64,000 bases of DNA. Origin: the human T2T-CHM13v2.0 reference genome, Homo sapiens. The notes beneath the pieces were generated by a model. That model searched no databases. It was not told the origin of the DNA and worked only from the letters and a program-made list of their open reading frames with translations. Position numbers and translations under genes: made by a program. Numbering within the stretch: the stretch's first letter is position 1; the number at the start of each line of letters is the position of its first letter. Positions 25,461 to 38,626 of the stretch are shown here, in pieces. The stretch lies in NCBI RefSeq assembly GCF_009914755.1, contig NC_060931.1; one strand, 5' to 3'.

Positions 25461-28319
25461 TTTCCGCCATAGATGTATTTTCAAAGTGTAAGCCACCACC
25501 ATCTGAGAGGCCAAGCTGTACACTTTTTTTGTTTAAGACAAATCGGAGAGAACAGAACATAATCATTAGAGGTGTCGAAAGATACCTAGAGTGAATGTCA
25601 TTAACATATGCTGTCCAGAAGTGGAAAGAAGGGGGAAATGGTGGGCCAGACATGAAGTCTTTGAAGATTTCCAAAAGGAGACCGAGAAATGCTGTCACCA
25701 GAGTCAGGGTGGGAGGGTGGTCAACAGGAGTCTACTGTTTAGAAATCATTACAGTTTGTTCTTACAAGTTGGGCAGGTTTTTGGTACAATTATATAACTG
25801 CACATACATTCAGGGTATTGAAATGAATGATGTACTACTATACATGTAATTACATGTAGCAAAATGTATACTTTTATTTGGTGGGTATTTACATATAGTA
25901 CACTGAATAGTGTACTTAAAAATAATTAACATAAAATATTCTTTTAAAAACAGAGCAATTAAAAGTTGTTTGGTTTTCTTGAGCTCAAAAAATAAAAGAA
26001 TCTGGAATCTTCCTTTCATTTATTCAAGTAGTCTATGCCAAATCATTCTAAAAGGCAGTCGCCAAAGACAAAAGAAAGAGTCATTCTCCTCTGTTATTCA
26101 TAATCTTTTGATTTAAGGAAAAGGGATTTTCAAATGTAAAGTGTCTCAAAACTTCTGTCTGGTCTTAGTCCTAAATTTAAAACATTTACAAATTCAGGCA
26201 GCTTGAATTACTACCTCGATATAATTTTGAACTTCTATGTTTGTAAAATTGAGATTCTCCACATAACTTTTTATTAAGAGTATGATTCCTTTATACCATG
26301 CATCAAAATAGTCATATCTTTATGTTTATTTATGAATAAATTACGATAGAAGCATTTAGCATTATGAATTGTTTCTGATTATCCAAAATATTTCTTGTTG
26401 AAAACTATTTGAAACTCATTCTAGTTTGGATGCAAAAAAAAAAAAAAATTCAGAAAATGCATTAAGGTTTTAGAACGAACCTCTTGATTTTTCCTTTGAA
26501 GTATATCTGATTTCTGAGTTTTTTTCATTTTCCTTCTAGCTTGGTAAAAATTATAGATTATTCCCCAACTTTTCTTGGGGATAAAGTTTCTTAACTTTAG
26601 GTGAAATTTAATTGTATGAGTCCATAATAAAAGATCTTGTGTGGGATAAAGAAAATGGATTTTTAAAATAATGCCTTACAGTGTAAGACATTTTTCAATT
26701 TGGAAGAAATTCTTGATAGTTAATTCCTTCAAGGAATTAGGTGAAGTATAACAGAACAACTTTTAAATTTGAATCTTTAGAAAACAACGCGACACATTTT
26801 CACTTCTTGGAGCTGCCAAAAGAGGGCCAATTTAGTAGTAATTACCCATATTTTGGAGAATTGGACAATTTTTTTTTTACTTTAGTGGATTTAATAAACT
26901 ATATGTGGATGTCAGGGAAAGGAGAATCCACTAGTGTTAGGAAGATAGGAAAGAATGAACTCCCAAAAGCACTTTACAATTTTCTGCAAGTTAAATTAGT
27001 TAGTATTATCACATCCCTCATGTGGCTACTTACTGCTTTTTAGGCAAAATAAAATGGGCCAGAAAAGAAATTTAGGAATTCTGGGCTCAAATATTAATTA
27101 TTTAGTTACCTTATTTGGGGCTAAGCTGTATTTCATTTAAAGGCGTCAGGAACAAACATCATCTTGGTCAGTTCCTCCATCTGATGACTGGGGGCTTGAT
27201 TTTGAAAGCTTGGGTGGCAAATTGGTCATATACTTGGAAACTGTGAGATTTCATCCCCTAAAGGGAGAGCCTGAGTGTCGAAAAGTGACCAAATGCCTGT
27301 GGATTGTTTTTTTTTTTTTTTTCCTTGTTTTTCATTCTAAGTAATATTAATTATGTGTCCAGGTGCCCTAGGTATTTCTTGGTACTGGGCCATTTATCTT
27401 GAGAACTTACCTGCCTCTCACACCGTGCTCTGGGAGGTCATAGCCATTACTGTATTATCTTTGTAGGTGCCAGTGGAAATCTAGGTCCTAAAACCTATAA
27501 AATATTTTGTAAATATTTTATGCAGCGCACATCTTTGTAGATCCACTCTGCCAGTGGGTACTCCTGGGTTTTTACAATGGTGGGGCTAAAAATCAATCTG
27601 AAACAATACAAAAGAAACAAAATAGTCTTTGGAAATAAATACAATTTGCTTTTATTCTGTGTCTATACTTGCTCAAGAAAAATAAAGTGCACTTTAAAAA
27701 GTTTTTTTTAGGTCTCTGCTGTTTCACTCAACGCAGATAACTTTTGATCAGTGGTTTATTTTGAATGAATTTCTTTTTACAAAGTAACGTTTTATGGTGC
27801 TGGTGAAAGTTATTCTAAACTCCTCCCTTCCCACCACCCCCTGCAGAGAGCAACAAGGTTTATGTAACCCAAAACTTTGGTGGGAGAACTCAACTGTATT
27901 TAAATAGAGGTTAACCTCTGGGCCATCCAATATAGTGTGTCTGTACTAAGTCAGGTTAGCATGTAAATAATATAAATATAACCAGAAATGTAACAACGGT
28001 ATTTAATAGTCATCAGATTTATTTCTAAAATATTGCCATGGATTCAGAATACTGAATTCCAACCAGATGTATTTCGGGAGTATTACACAGGTCATATATA
28101 TTTCACTTTTTTGGTTCAAACCCAGGGGATCTACACGATAATTAGATTGAGAACATCTGCATCAAATCCAAACCATTTCCCTGATCCTTCCTTGAGCCTT
28201 CCCCATGGGAGGGATTTCTTTTTTTTTTTAAGCCCCTGCACATTTTGTCTAGCCACCTTTAGCGCAATTCCTAGGTCTCGCCTGCCTGCCACCGCAGAAA
28301 TAGACATGCCAGGGGAAGG

Positions 28320-28850
28320 CGGAAGCACCCCCCCCCCCACCCCCGCCGCCTCCCCGAGTGTGCAGGCATCCTTAGAAGTCGCATTTCCCCGGGACAGGAA
28401 TGTCCCTCGGTGGCAATGCCGCTTCCCGCCAGAAGCCTGACTCCGGGACAGGGCGTGGCCAGGCGCGGGGGCCTGGGCGCGCCGGTGGGCACGTGCGCGG
28501 GGACCCGAGGACCCGAGGACCCGAGTGTCGGGGCGCCGCTGCCCTCTACCGGGCGGCGCGGTCGGAGCTACAGCGCGGCGGCCGGCCGACTGAGCGCGCG
28601 GGCCGGGGCGCCCCACACGGAGGCAGCCCTTGGCCACCCGAGATCCACAGTGCCCTGCTGTGCGCGGCGTCACCGCATCTAGGGTGGAGGCTCGCAACGT
28701 GCCCCCCGACGCCAGCGCGCTCCCACCCACCGGCGAGTCAAGGTTGCGTTGGGGAGACAGTGAACCCCGTTCCCGACATCAGGGGCCTCCCCTTGGGGAA
28801 ACTGAGGCCCCTGGCCAGCTGCGCAAGACCTGGGGACACGCGTGTTCTCT
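28320..28850. promoter_or_regulatory. Separate upstream CpG-rich block (proximal promoter/enhancer), with an E2F-like TTCCCGCCA at 28423-28431
   Basis: CpG-dense segment separated from the main island by an AT-richer gap of about 450 bp. Confidence 0.7.
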
Positions 28851-30181
28851 AAATCTTGGGACTTTCATTTCCAGCCTCTTCCTCCAAAAATGCCGAATTC
28901 ACTGCGCCAACCCTCGAACTCACTTGAAAAGCAATTGTTTTCCACTTGCGCGTTTTATTTTGTATCCTATGCAGATTCTATTTACATATGCATTTTGAGA
29001 TTAAGGAATTTGGGGACTTGTTTTAACTAATTACTCGTTCAGTGAAGTACGGGAGAGTCAAAGAACAGTATTCCTACTGGAAACTCCAAGTCACACGTGT
29101 GTATAATCAATGAAAGATGACGATCATAAAACGTGTGCTTTCGCCAGCTTTCCGCGAGGAGAGAAATCAAAAGAGAATTTATTTTTTGGTTTGCATTTTA
29201 GCATTTCTGTAAACTTGGGACCACGCTTTCCGTTTTCAGTGAGTGCACCCACACTTTCCAACTTTCTGCGCCCAAAGTTGCAACAAACCAAGGTGTCTGA
29301 ACCACAGGAAGTTTCTTGGGCTGTTCCGCTGAAGCGGCGCGGGGGGACACAGAACTGGGCTCCCAGACTTTTCCTGTCGTGGCCTAAACTGGAACGGCTT
29401 GGGCGAATGGGGGCTGCCGGGACCCCCAGCGCTACCGCCGTTGGGGTGCGTTCGGGTGCGACGCTGGCACCGCCGCTGTCCGGGTGTGGGGCATCCACGC
29501 GCGCGGCCCCCTGAGAGGGTCAGGGCTGTTTCCCCCTCAACTCCACTCCTCCAAACATGCCACGCTGTTCCTGGTCGTGTCGGTGTCCCGGTCCTCGCTG
29601 GGCGCAGAGGGATCAGAGTGTTGCCGTCCACCGTCGGGGCGCCTCCCACGCACGCTGCTGCGGGGGGCCTGGGCCACGCAGGGGTCGGGTGTGGGGGGTC
29701 CCGGGCAGGTGGTAGCGGCGTCTCCGCGCTCTGTACACTAACCACTACAGGGGCGCTCCGACGTTCCCCCCAACCGGAGTCTTGAAGGCGCTGCGCTCGG
29801 CCACCGCGGGCGATCGCGATCCCAGCGGGAGACCCCCCCCACCCCCGCAGCCCTCCCCAGGTGCGCGGTGCCGGGGGACCCCGGGCGCTGCCCTCCAGCG
29901 CCCCCTCGGGGCCGGGTCTGTGGCCGGCGCGACCGCGGACTTTGGGGGGGGTTGTCCCGAGGGGCGGGGGTCGCCGGTCGGCCCGCGGAGGGGAGGGGGA
30001 GGGCGGCGGTGGGGGGGTTGGGGGAGCAGGGGCCGGGGCCGCGCGCGCGAGGCCGGGCCGCGGCCGCCGCGCCCTGGGGCTGCGACTCCGGCTCCGGCTC
30101 GGGCTCGCCATGGCTGCGGCGGCGCCGTGAGGAGGAGTCCGCGTCCTCGGTGGCGGCGGCGGCGGCCGGCTCCAGGCCGGG

Positions 30182-30191
30182 TTTTGGCGCC
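30182..30191 (+). promoter_or_regulatory. E2F-like site
   Basis: TTTTGGCGCC matches TTTSSCGC, about 90 bp upstream of the ATG. Confidence 0.45.
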
Positions 30192-30221
30192 GCCCGCCTG
30201 CTGCCTCCTGGCGGCTCCTGA

Positions 30222-30565
<344 letters not shown>

Positions 30566-30569
30566 AGCC

Positions 30570-30581
30570 CAAGATGGCGCC
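30570..30581 (+). promoter_or_regulatory. Second YY1-like site
   Basis: CAAGATGGCGCC. Confidence 0.6.
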
Positions 30582-31881
30582 GGGAGCCGCCGCCGCCACC
30601 ACTGCCCCCGGTGTCTGCCCCCACCCCGGGCGCCCCCCCGGGCCCCGCGCCGCCGCCGCCGCCAGCGCCGCCGCCGCCGTTGCCGCCGCGGGACCGGGGA
30701 GGGGGCGGCCCCGGCGGCCCGCGGGGTGCGCGCGCGAGCGGGGAGCGGGGAGCGGGCGGCGGGGGGCGGGCGGCGGCGGGCGCCGGGAGGGGGCCGCGGC
30801 CCGGCGGTGGCGCCCGCCCGCCCGCTCGCCCCGCGCCCCCGGCCCGCCGTATTCCCGGGGAAAGTTTGTGGGGAGTTGCTGCGGGGGGTGAAGCGCCTGC
30901 CTCTCCAGGAGGAGCCGCCGCCACTGCCGCCGGCGCGGCGGAGCTGGGGCTGGTGGCGCTGTGGTGCCGCCGGCTCGGGGGAGGGTCAGAGCGGCCACCG
31001 GCGGCGGCGGCGGCGGCGCGGCCCGGCTCCGGCCAGGCGGGCGGGTGGCCGGGCAGGCGCCCGCGCTCGCTACCCCCGGCCGGCCCCGGCCGCCGCCCCC
31101 GGCTGTCACCGGCCCGGGCCGCGCCGCCGCTCCGGCACCCCGCGTGTGGCTCCCGGCGCGGACCCCCGGGTTTGTTTACGTCCCGGGGAGCGCCCCGGGG
31201 CCACCCGCGCACCTCGCGGCCGCCGCGCTCTTTTGTGTGCCTGTGTCGGTGACGCGGACCTGTTCCTCCGTGGCGGACCCCCGCGGGGGCTCTTTGGGGA
31301 AACTTGGCGAGGGGCGGCGGGGGTGCCCCGCGCGCAGTGTCGCTGGGTCCCGGTGTCCCGGACCGCCGGGTGCGGGCGCGGGAGGAGGAGGCTGCAACTT
31401 TCCCCTAGGCAGGCCCCACGCTGTTCCCCCGGGTGCCCGGGCAGTGTACGCTGCCTCCCCGCCGCCGGTCCGAGCCGCGATCGCCGCGCGCCTGGGGGCT
31501 CCGGCGGCCCCCGGTGACCTGCGGCGCCGGGTCCCTTCCTTGCGTCCCCTCGGGGCTTCTGCCCTCTCTGCAGGGCCCGCCATGGAGCGCGCGGCGGGTG
31601 CGCTCGGAGATGCCTTCTCGGGCCGGGTTCTCGAAAGCAGAGCCCCGGGGGCCCGTTGGGACCGTGGCATGCCGGGCGGTGGTCCGCGCGCGGAGTCCCC
31701 GGCGCCGCGGGGGGACCGTGCCGGGGCTCCCCGGCCCGCGCCCGAGTCGCCGCCGTGCCCAAGGGGCGAGTGCCTGCCTGCCACCCCCCGCCCGGAGGAG
31801 CGGCGCACCCTTAGGGTCCGCCCCGCACGTGCCAGCTCGGCGCCCGCGGCGCCGGGACAGCCCCGGGACTCTGCCAGGTGG

Positions 31882-31911
31882 ATGTTGTGCGTAGCCGGAG
31901 CCAGGTTGAAG
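31882..31911 (+). CDS. CUX1: CUX1 downstream alternative first coding exon, encodes MLCVAGARLK (N-terminus of canonical p200 CDP/Cut)
   Basis: ATGTTGTGCGTAGCCGGAGCCAGGTTGAAG followed by consensus donor GTGAGC at 31912 (phase 0, same phase as the upstream exon); matches the known human CUX1 N-terminus. Confidence 0.95.
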
Positions 31912-34900
31912 GTGAGCGGCGTGTGGGCCAGAAGTCCCGAGGTTGCAGGCGCGGAGGGAACCGGGGATGTCGGGGGGTGCCCGGGTCCCGCGGCTTAGAA
32001 TGCTCTAGGGCGGCCTGGTGCTCTGGGAGGGGATAGGAGGGTTCCTCAGGGCCCCTGGGGAACTGCAGCTACTCCCAACTGCTAAGGTGTGCGTGAAGAT
32101 AAACTTGGCTGAACTTTCCTAACCTGGAGGACTGGTGACAGTGACCTACCGCAATACCTTTGGGAGCAAAGCTCGAGATGCAGGCTTGTATCAAACGAAG
32201 CGGGTTGGATTAAAACATATTTAAATGGAATCTGACAACTTTAATTGTATATGCTTGTTTTCTGCTCTTGCCTACTAAGAACGATAAAGCCGAGTCATAG
32301 TCGTTATGAAATTTCCTGAAATTTCTCGCTTAACTAGGAAGAAGACTATGCGAAATATGTATTTCCGATAAGATTAAAACTTAAAGGAGTTTAAGTATTT
32401 ATTGACTAAAATAGATTACTCCAAAGTGTCTATTGTGTAAATTAGATTCCTGGATGTAATGAACACAGCCGAATGGCATTTTTGATAAATTGGTCTACCC
32501 TGTTTTAGTAAAAATAGCTCCCTTTTACCATAATTTAATTCCTGTGCTTACTGTAAAACCCGTTGTGGAGTTTTAAGGACAAACATTATTATTATTTTTC
32601 TCTCTTGTCTTCCTAAATGTGACATCCTAGCTTAATATCAATGAAGTGTCTTTTTTAAAGCATCCTGGCAAAATTGCCTGGAAAATGGATTTGGTTTCTA
32701 GAGTTACTAGATTTTAAGAACTCTAAACCTTCCTGTCCCCCATATTAGCTACTTCTTCAGGGGATCAGGGCTCCAGGGTTCCATCGAAAGTTTCCATGTC
32801 AGTTTACTTGCACTTTATGTGGATATTAAGAAGAAATCAAAACCAAACCCCAAAACAAAGTCCCTTATTTGAACTTCATTCCTCTTTACTCCTTTGCTTT
32901 TGGTGGTTGCTAACGATTTGGCCTTAGATGATTTCCTATGGGTTTGCAAACTTTAGTCGAATACGGAATGTCAAAGTTCAAGTCTCAGGCCAATCTGGTT
33001 CTTTCTCTGGGCGGTGAGGAGGCCTTTGGAGTTGGTGTCTGGTTAATTCCCACCGATAGTCAGTGAGTCAATAGAACGAGTTTGGGAGAGAATTCATTAG
33101 TTCCAGATTTTTCTCATTTTTCCAGACCTCTTTATACTGAGATTGGGTTGCCACCTGGGGGTAAAGAGGCTGATCGGTCTTTGCAGAGAGAAATCCAGGT
33201 TGGAGACGTCAGCGGGTCCAGGTGAGGTTGGGCCGTTCCGCAGTTCTGCAACCCTGGCTCACTGGGTTCTTGTCCCTCGGCTTCCTGGGTCTTGAAGCTG
33301 CTGCCTTGGCACAGGAGTGTGTGCTCAGGAAGAGAATTTCTGAAGATTGTGTTTTATTCCGTTTCCTTTTTAGTCCCAAAGGCTTGTGGTATGGAAGTTT
33401 CAGTGCTTTGGTATTGCTAAGACTAGTTGGACAAGTTTTTTATCCTATCTCAGACTTGTAAAAACCAGGTTTTCTTTTCTTTTTAAATAAGAAAAGCACT
33501 GTTGTATAAATTTGTCTTTTAAATACATATTTGAAAGGAGGACACTTTCTAAGACAAAGCTCATGGCACTCTGTATGTTAGTGGAGCTTTGAACTCTTTG
33601 GGACGGGGCCCGCCAATGACTGCCTTCCCTTTGGGACATTATTCCCACATGGTGACCAGCCTTCCCCTTTAAGCAGCTTCTGCAAAAGTAAACTTGAAAA
33701 GTTGCCTTCTTTTTCAGAATCAAAAAACAATTTCAGTTTTGCTGAAAGTCCATTTTCTGATGGCTTTTTTTCCCCCTGTTGTGGAAGTGTGTATGTTACT
33801 GGCTGTCCAGTACTGTTTGCCATAATAAGTATATTATTTTAATTAAAATGTCCCATCTAGTACCCTTTATAAAAGAGCAGTTCAAGAAATTACACCACTG
33901 CTGCTCCTGCTTTTGTTTTCTTGGTTCTTTTAATATGGGTGTCTTTGAGGTTGGATGTGGGAAGGGGTCATTGGCAGTTGATTTAAGTTTTTTCCTATGT
34001 GAAACTCTTTTTTTCCTTAAAGGTGCAAGTGGTGAGTTAATGCAACAACTCCTGGTACAGTTGAGTCCACAGAGAGCCCTTTGACTACATCCTCGGCTTC
34101 GTGTATCTTCTGTCGGTAGTTAGCCAACCTAAGAAAGCTGAAAGGGCCAAATAGTCCAATACCTTCAGGAATGATTCTCTCCTAAATCCACTGAGCTAAC
34201 CTTAAAAATGCAGTCTGGTGAACTGTGCTGAGCCTGAAACCTTTAATGGCTATTTAAAAAGTCTCCTGTTTTTGTACAATTAAGACAAACCCATCAGGGT
34301 TTATATGGGAGCTGTGAAGGAACAGTAGTTTGTGCTCTCTGATTCCCTTCTGGGTCTACCTGTAGCAGTAAACAATCAAAACCACTCCTGAGGCTGTACT
34401 CACTTTCTGTGTCTTAGGAGAGAACACAAGACTAGAAGTAGAAAATCCACATTTGTTTCAGCTCCTCTGTAATGCCCCAGGAACGTCTGTTTTTAGTGAA
34501 ATGAAGGAAGGACACGTTTGTTAGGGGAAAACTCATACATTTCGTAAGCAGAGAAATTCATCATATGAAGAATCCTACAGAGGTAGGTTAAATTCCTACC
34601 CGTGCTTCCATTTCAAATAGTTTACACATTTGTCACATGTAAATTTCACAGACAGGTATATCTGACGAATTGTAACACAAATGGTATGTAAAAGGCAACT
34701 CTAACCATTATTCAAATATACAGGATCCAGGATCGTGAGTTATTGTAGAAATTACTTAAGACCTATTTAAAATTATTGAATACATAACTTTAAAAAATGT
34801 AATTGCTCTATGAAAAGTGACTTTTATTATAATTGTCAAAGACAGAAATTTGTCTGTCTTGTCCTTTTGTTTTGTCTGAAGCCCCGCGTTATCGCTGCAG

Positions 34901-35421
34901 AGAGAGAGTTTTGGTTTCCACCGAAATTTCCCTGCCTCCGATTGTTTAAACCAGACCCTTAATCTTATTTTAACATATTTAAAATGTTCAAAAAACCCGG
35001 AAGAATTGTTTTGTGTAAGTAGCAAGCGAGTGTAGCTTAAACACTCAAGCAATTCTGGTATCTAATTGGAAACAGGTGGAATTCTTGGAATCCCATGTTT
35101 GAGTCTTTTTATAGCAAAGCCCAGGGACACTTTTCACTTATAGCCATTCGTTTTGTCGAAGCTATTTGAAGAGGGGCCCCACAGCCTCTCCTTATGTCCC
35201 ACTGTTGCTTACCTGGACAAAGCAGTCGTGCTGGGCGCTTTAGGAACTGGATACCTGTGAATGCCTGGATGCCGAGAGAAGTGTGTGTGTGTGCCGATAA
35301 TGGAGTGAAAAAGGAATCTAATGGTATAGTTAGACAAGCAATTTAATATCTGCATTGTTATATGACTTTAGAGCAAAGAATTTGTGAATTCATTTGTGAT
35401 TTCTGACTTGATGAACCTTGA

Positions 35422-36391
<970 letters not shown>

Positions 36392-36856
36392 GATGTTTTC
36401 TTAAATATTAATGGCAGGGCCCTCTGGATTGACTGTGTTATTTGACCCATTCCAGTTTTCAAGGCGTGGTCTTGAAAAGCTGTCGATCACCCTGGTTTTG
36501 GGATGTGTTTCAGAACCAAGTTTCGATGGTGTGTCAGTGTTGGATTTTCCTGCTGAGGACAGCTAAGGTTTGGTATGGAGCAGTTTTGGATTTGCTGAGC
36601 TGTAATCAGTCCAGCTTCTCTGCTGTCTTCTGAGAAGGTTGATGGAGGAGAGTGGTCTTTGGCGGGGATGGAGGTTTCCCTGCAGGAAATGAACCAGGAC
36701 TGAGGGGAACCTGTGCCGTTCCCCTCATTTGTCCTGCGCCTGAAACAGCTTTGAAGCACCTGGCTTGTGACTTAAAAGATTTTTAAAAAGCATTTGTGCT
36801 GCCCTATTCGGGTATTACACAGTGAGGGTGAACCATTCTTTTCGAAAGACGTCTAA

Positions 36857-37160
36857 GGCCGGGCACGGTGGCTCATGCCTGTAATCCCAGCACTTTGGGA
36901 GGCCAAGGCAGGCAGATCACTTGAGGTCAGAAGTTCGAGACCAGCCTGGCCAACATGGCAAAACCTCATCTCTACTAAAAATACAAAAATTAGCCTGGCG
37001 TGGTGGCGCATATCCATAATCCCAGATACTCGGCAGGCTGAGGCATGAGAATTGCTTGAGCCCAGGAGGTGGAGGTTGCAGTGAGCTGAGATCGTGTGAC
37101 TGCTCTGCATGCAGCCTGGGTGACAGAGCGAGACTCTGTCTCAGAAAAAAAAAAAAAAAA
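36857..37160 (+). mobile_element. AluS with TSD AAAGAC(G/A)TCTAA
   Basis: Full dimer. Confidence 0.93.
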
Positions 37161-38326
37161 GACATCTAATTTGTTGTAAAACCTGTCAAGAACCTTCCCT
37201 TTAAAAAGCTAATGCCTCTCTAATAAAAATAATTTTAATTTTGTTGTAATTAAATTCAGAGAGGATGATGTTAGTGCACAAAATAAAGATTGTCAATTTC
37301 TTTATTTTAATCCAACGGCATTTCCTAACTGCAGGAGGCCCAGGACCGTTGGCAGAAATTTTGTGTTGATTAGAGCCTCGGGCCATGGGAAGTGCAGGTA
37401 CTGTGGCCACAAAGTTCGTCGCCCAATCCCTGGCTGACCCCACAAGCAGGACTGGTACAGATCCCACCCTCAGGGGTCTTCCTACACAGAGAAACATAAT
37501 CACACAGGTGACTGGAACGGAGCCAAGGATGGTGGTGTTCCTCCTAGGGATTTACTAACACTGCCAGCAACTCAAGAACTAGCCAGCCGGGAGTTTCCTA
37601 GTAAGTGAAACTGACTTGGTTCTGCTTCCTTTCATGAAAACCTTTGTGAAAATGAGCCCAATAAGGGGTCCGAACCTTTATAAAGCACACGACCCCCCAG
37701 AGTGGACCGGGCCCTGGCCGACTCCATCAGCCGAAGCTTGAGATCTTGGATGGTCTGGATGGTCTTGACCGTGTGTGATTGATGCAGTTAACAAAGCAGG
37801 AAATTAACAGAGCTTACTCTGAGACACCAGGGAAGTGGCTTGTTCTTTCTTGGGGTTACTTTGAGTGGATGCTGGCACACTGCTTGTTTTCTTATAGATA
37901 CCTTTCTATTGGGCTGTGTTTATTCAATAAGGAAATGCAGTTAACATTTTTTTAAAAAGTAAACCATGGGTTATGAGGTGTTCCGAGTTTGGTTAAGGGA
38001 AAAACAAATTGACAAATTAGCTCTTTCTTAAGTGAGTATTGCGAAACAGTGAGAAATAGAATGCCTGTCGTACCGTCATTAAAAATTTATCTGGGTGTTG
38101 ACAGCTTTTTGTTAAATGTAAGACATTCAGATCCTGTCCACCCAGCATATGAAAAAACCAAACCAAACCAAACCGAAAAACAAAATGCAACACAAAAGCT
38201 TCTTTCCATTTCCCCCCAAAAGCAAGACAATTTTTCTTAAACTGGGGCTTTCTCCCTAATGAATTGCCATGATTTTGTTTTCTCTAACATAGTTTAATAT
38301 CTTTAAGACAGAACGAATATCAACTC

Positions 38327-38626
38327 TTTTTATTTTATTTTTTGAGACGGAGTCTCACTCTGTCGCCCAGCCTGGAGTGCAGTGGCACAAACTCCGCTCA
38401 CCGCAACCTCCACCTCCCAGGTTCAAGTGATTCTCGTGCCTCAGCCCCCCCGAGTAGCTGGGATTACAGGTGTGCACCACCACGCCCAGCTAATTTTTGT
38501 GTTTTTAGTAGAGACAGGGTTTCACCATGTTGGCCAGGCTGGTTTCAAACTCCTGACCTCAAGCAATCCACCCCCTTCGGCCTCCCAAAGTGGTGGGATT
38601 ACAGGTGTGAGCCGCCGTGCCTGGCC
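38327..38626 (-). mobile_element. AluS
   Basis: Antisense dimer. Confidence 0.93.

Noticed and set aside
33147-33162. CTCF-like motifs (also 40818 and 61400)
   Set aside because: Mismatches at core positions; too weak to call without ChIP data
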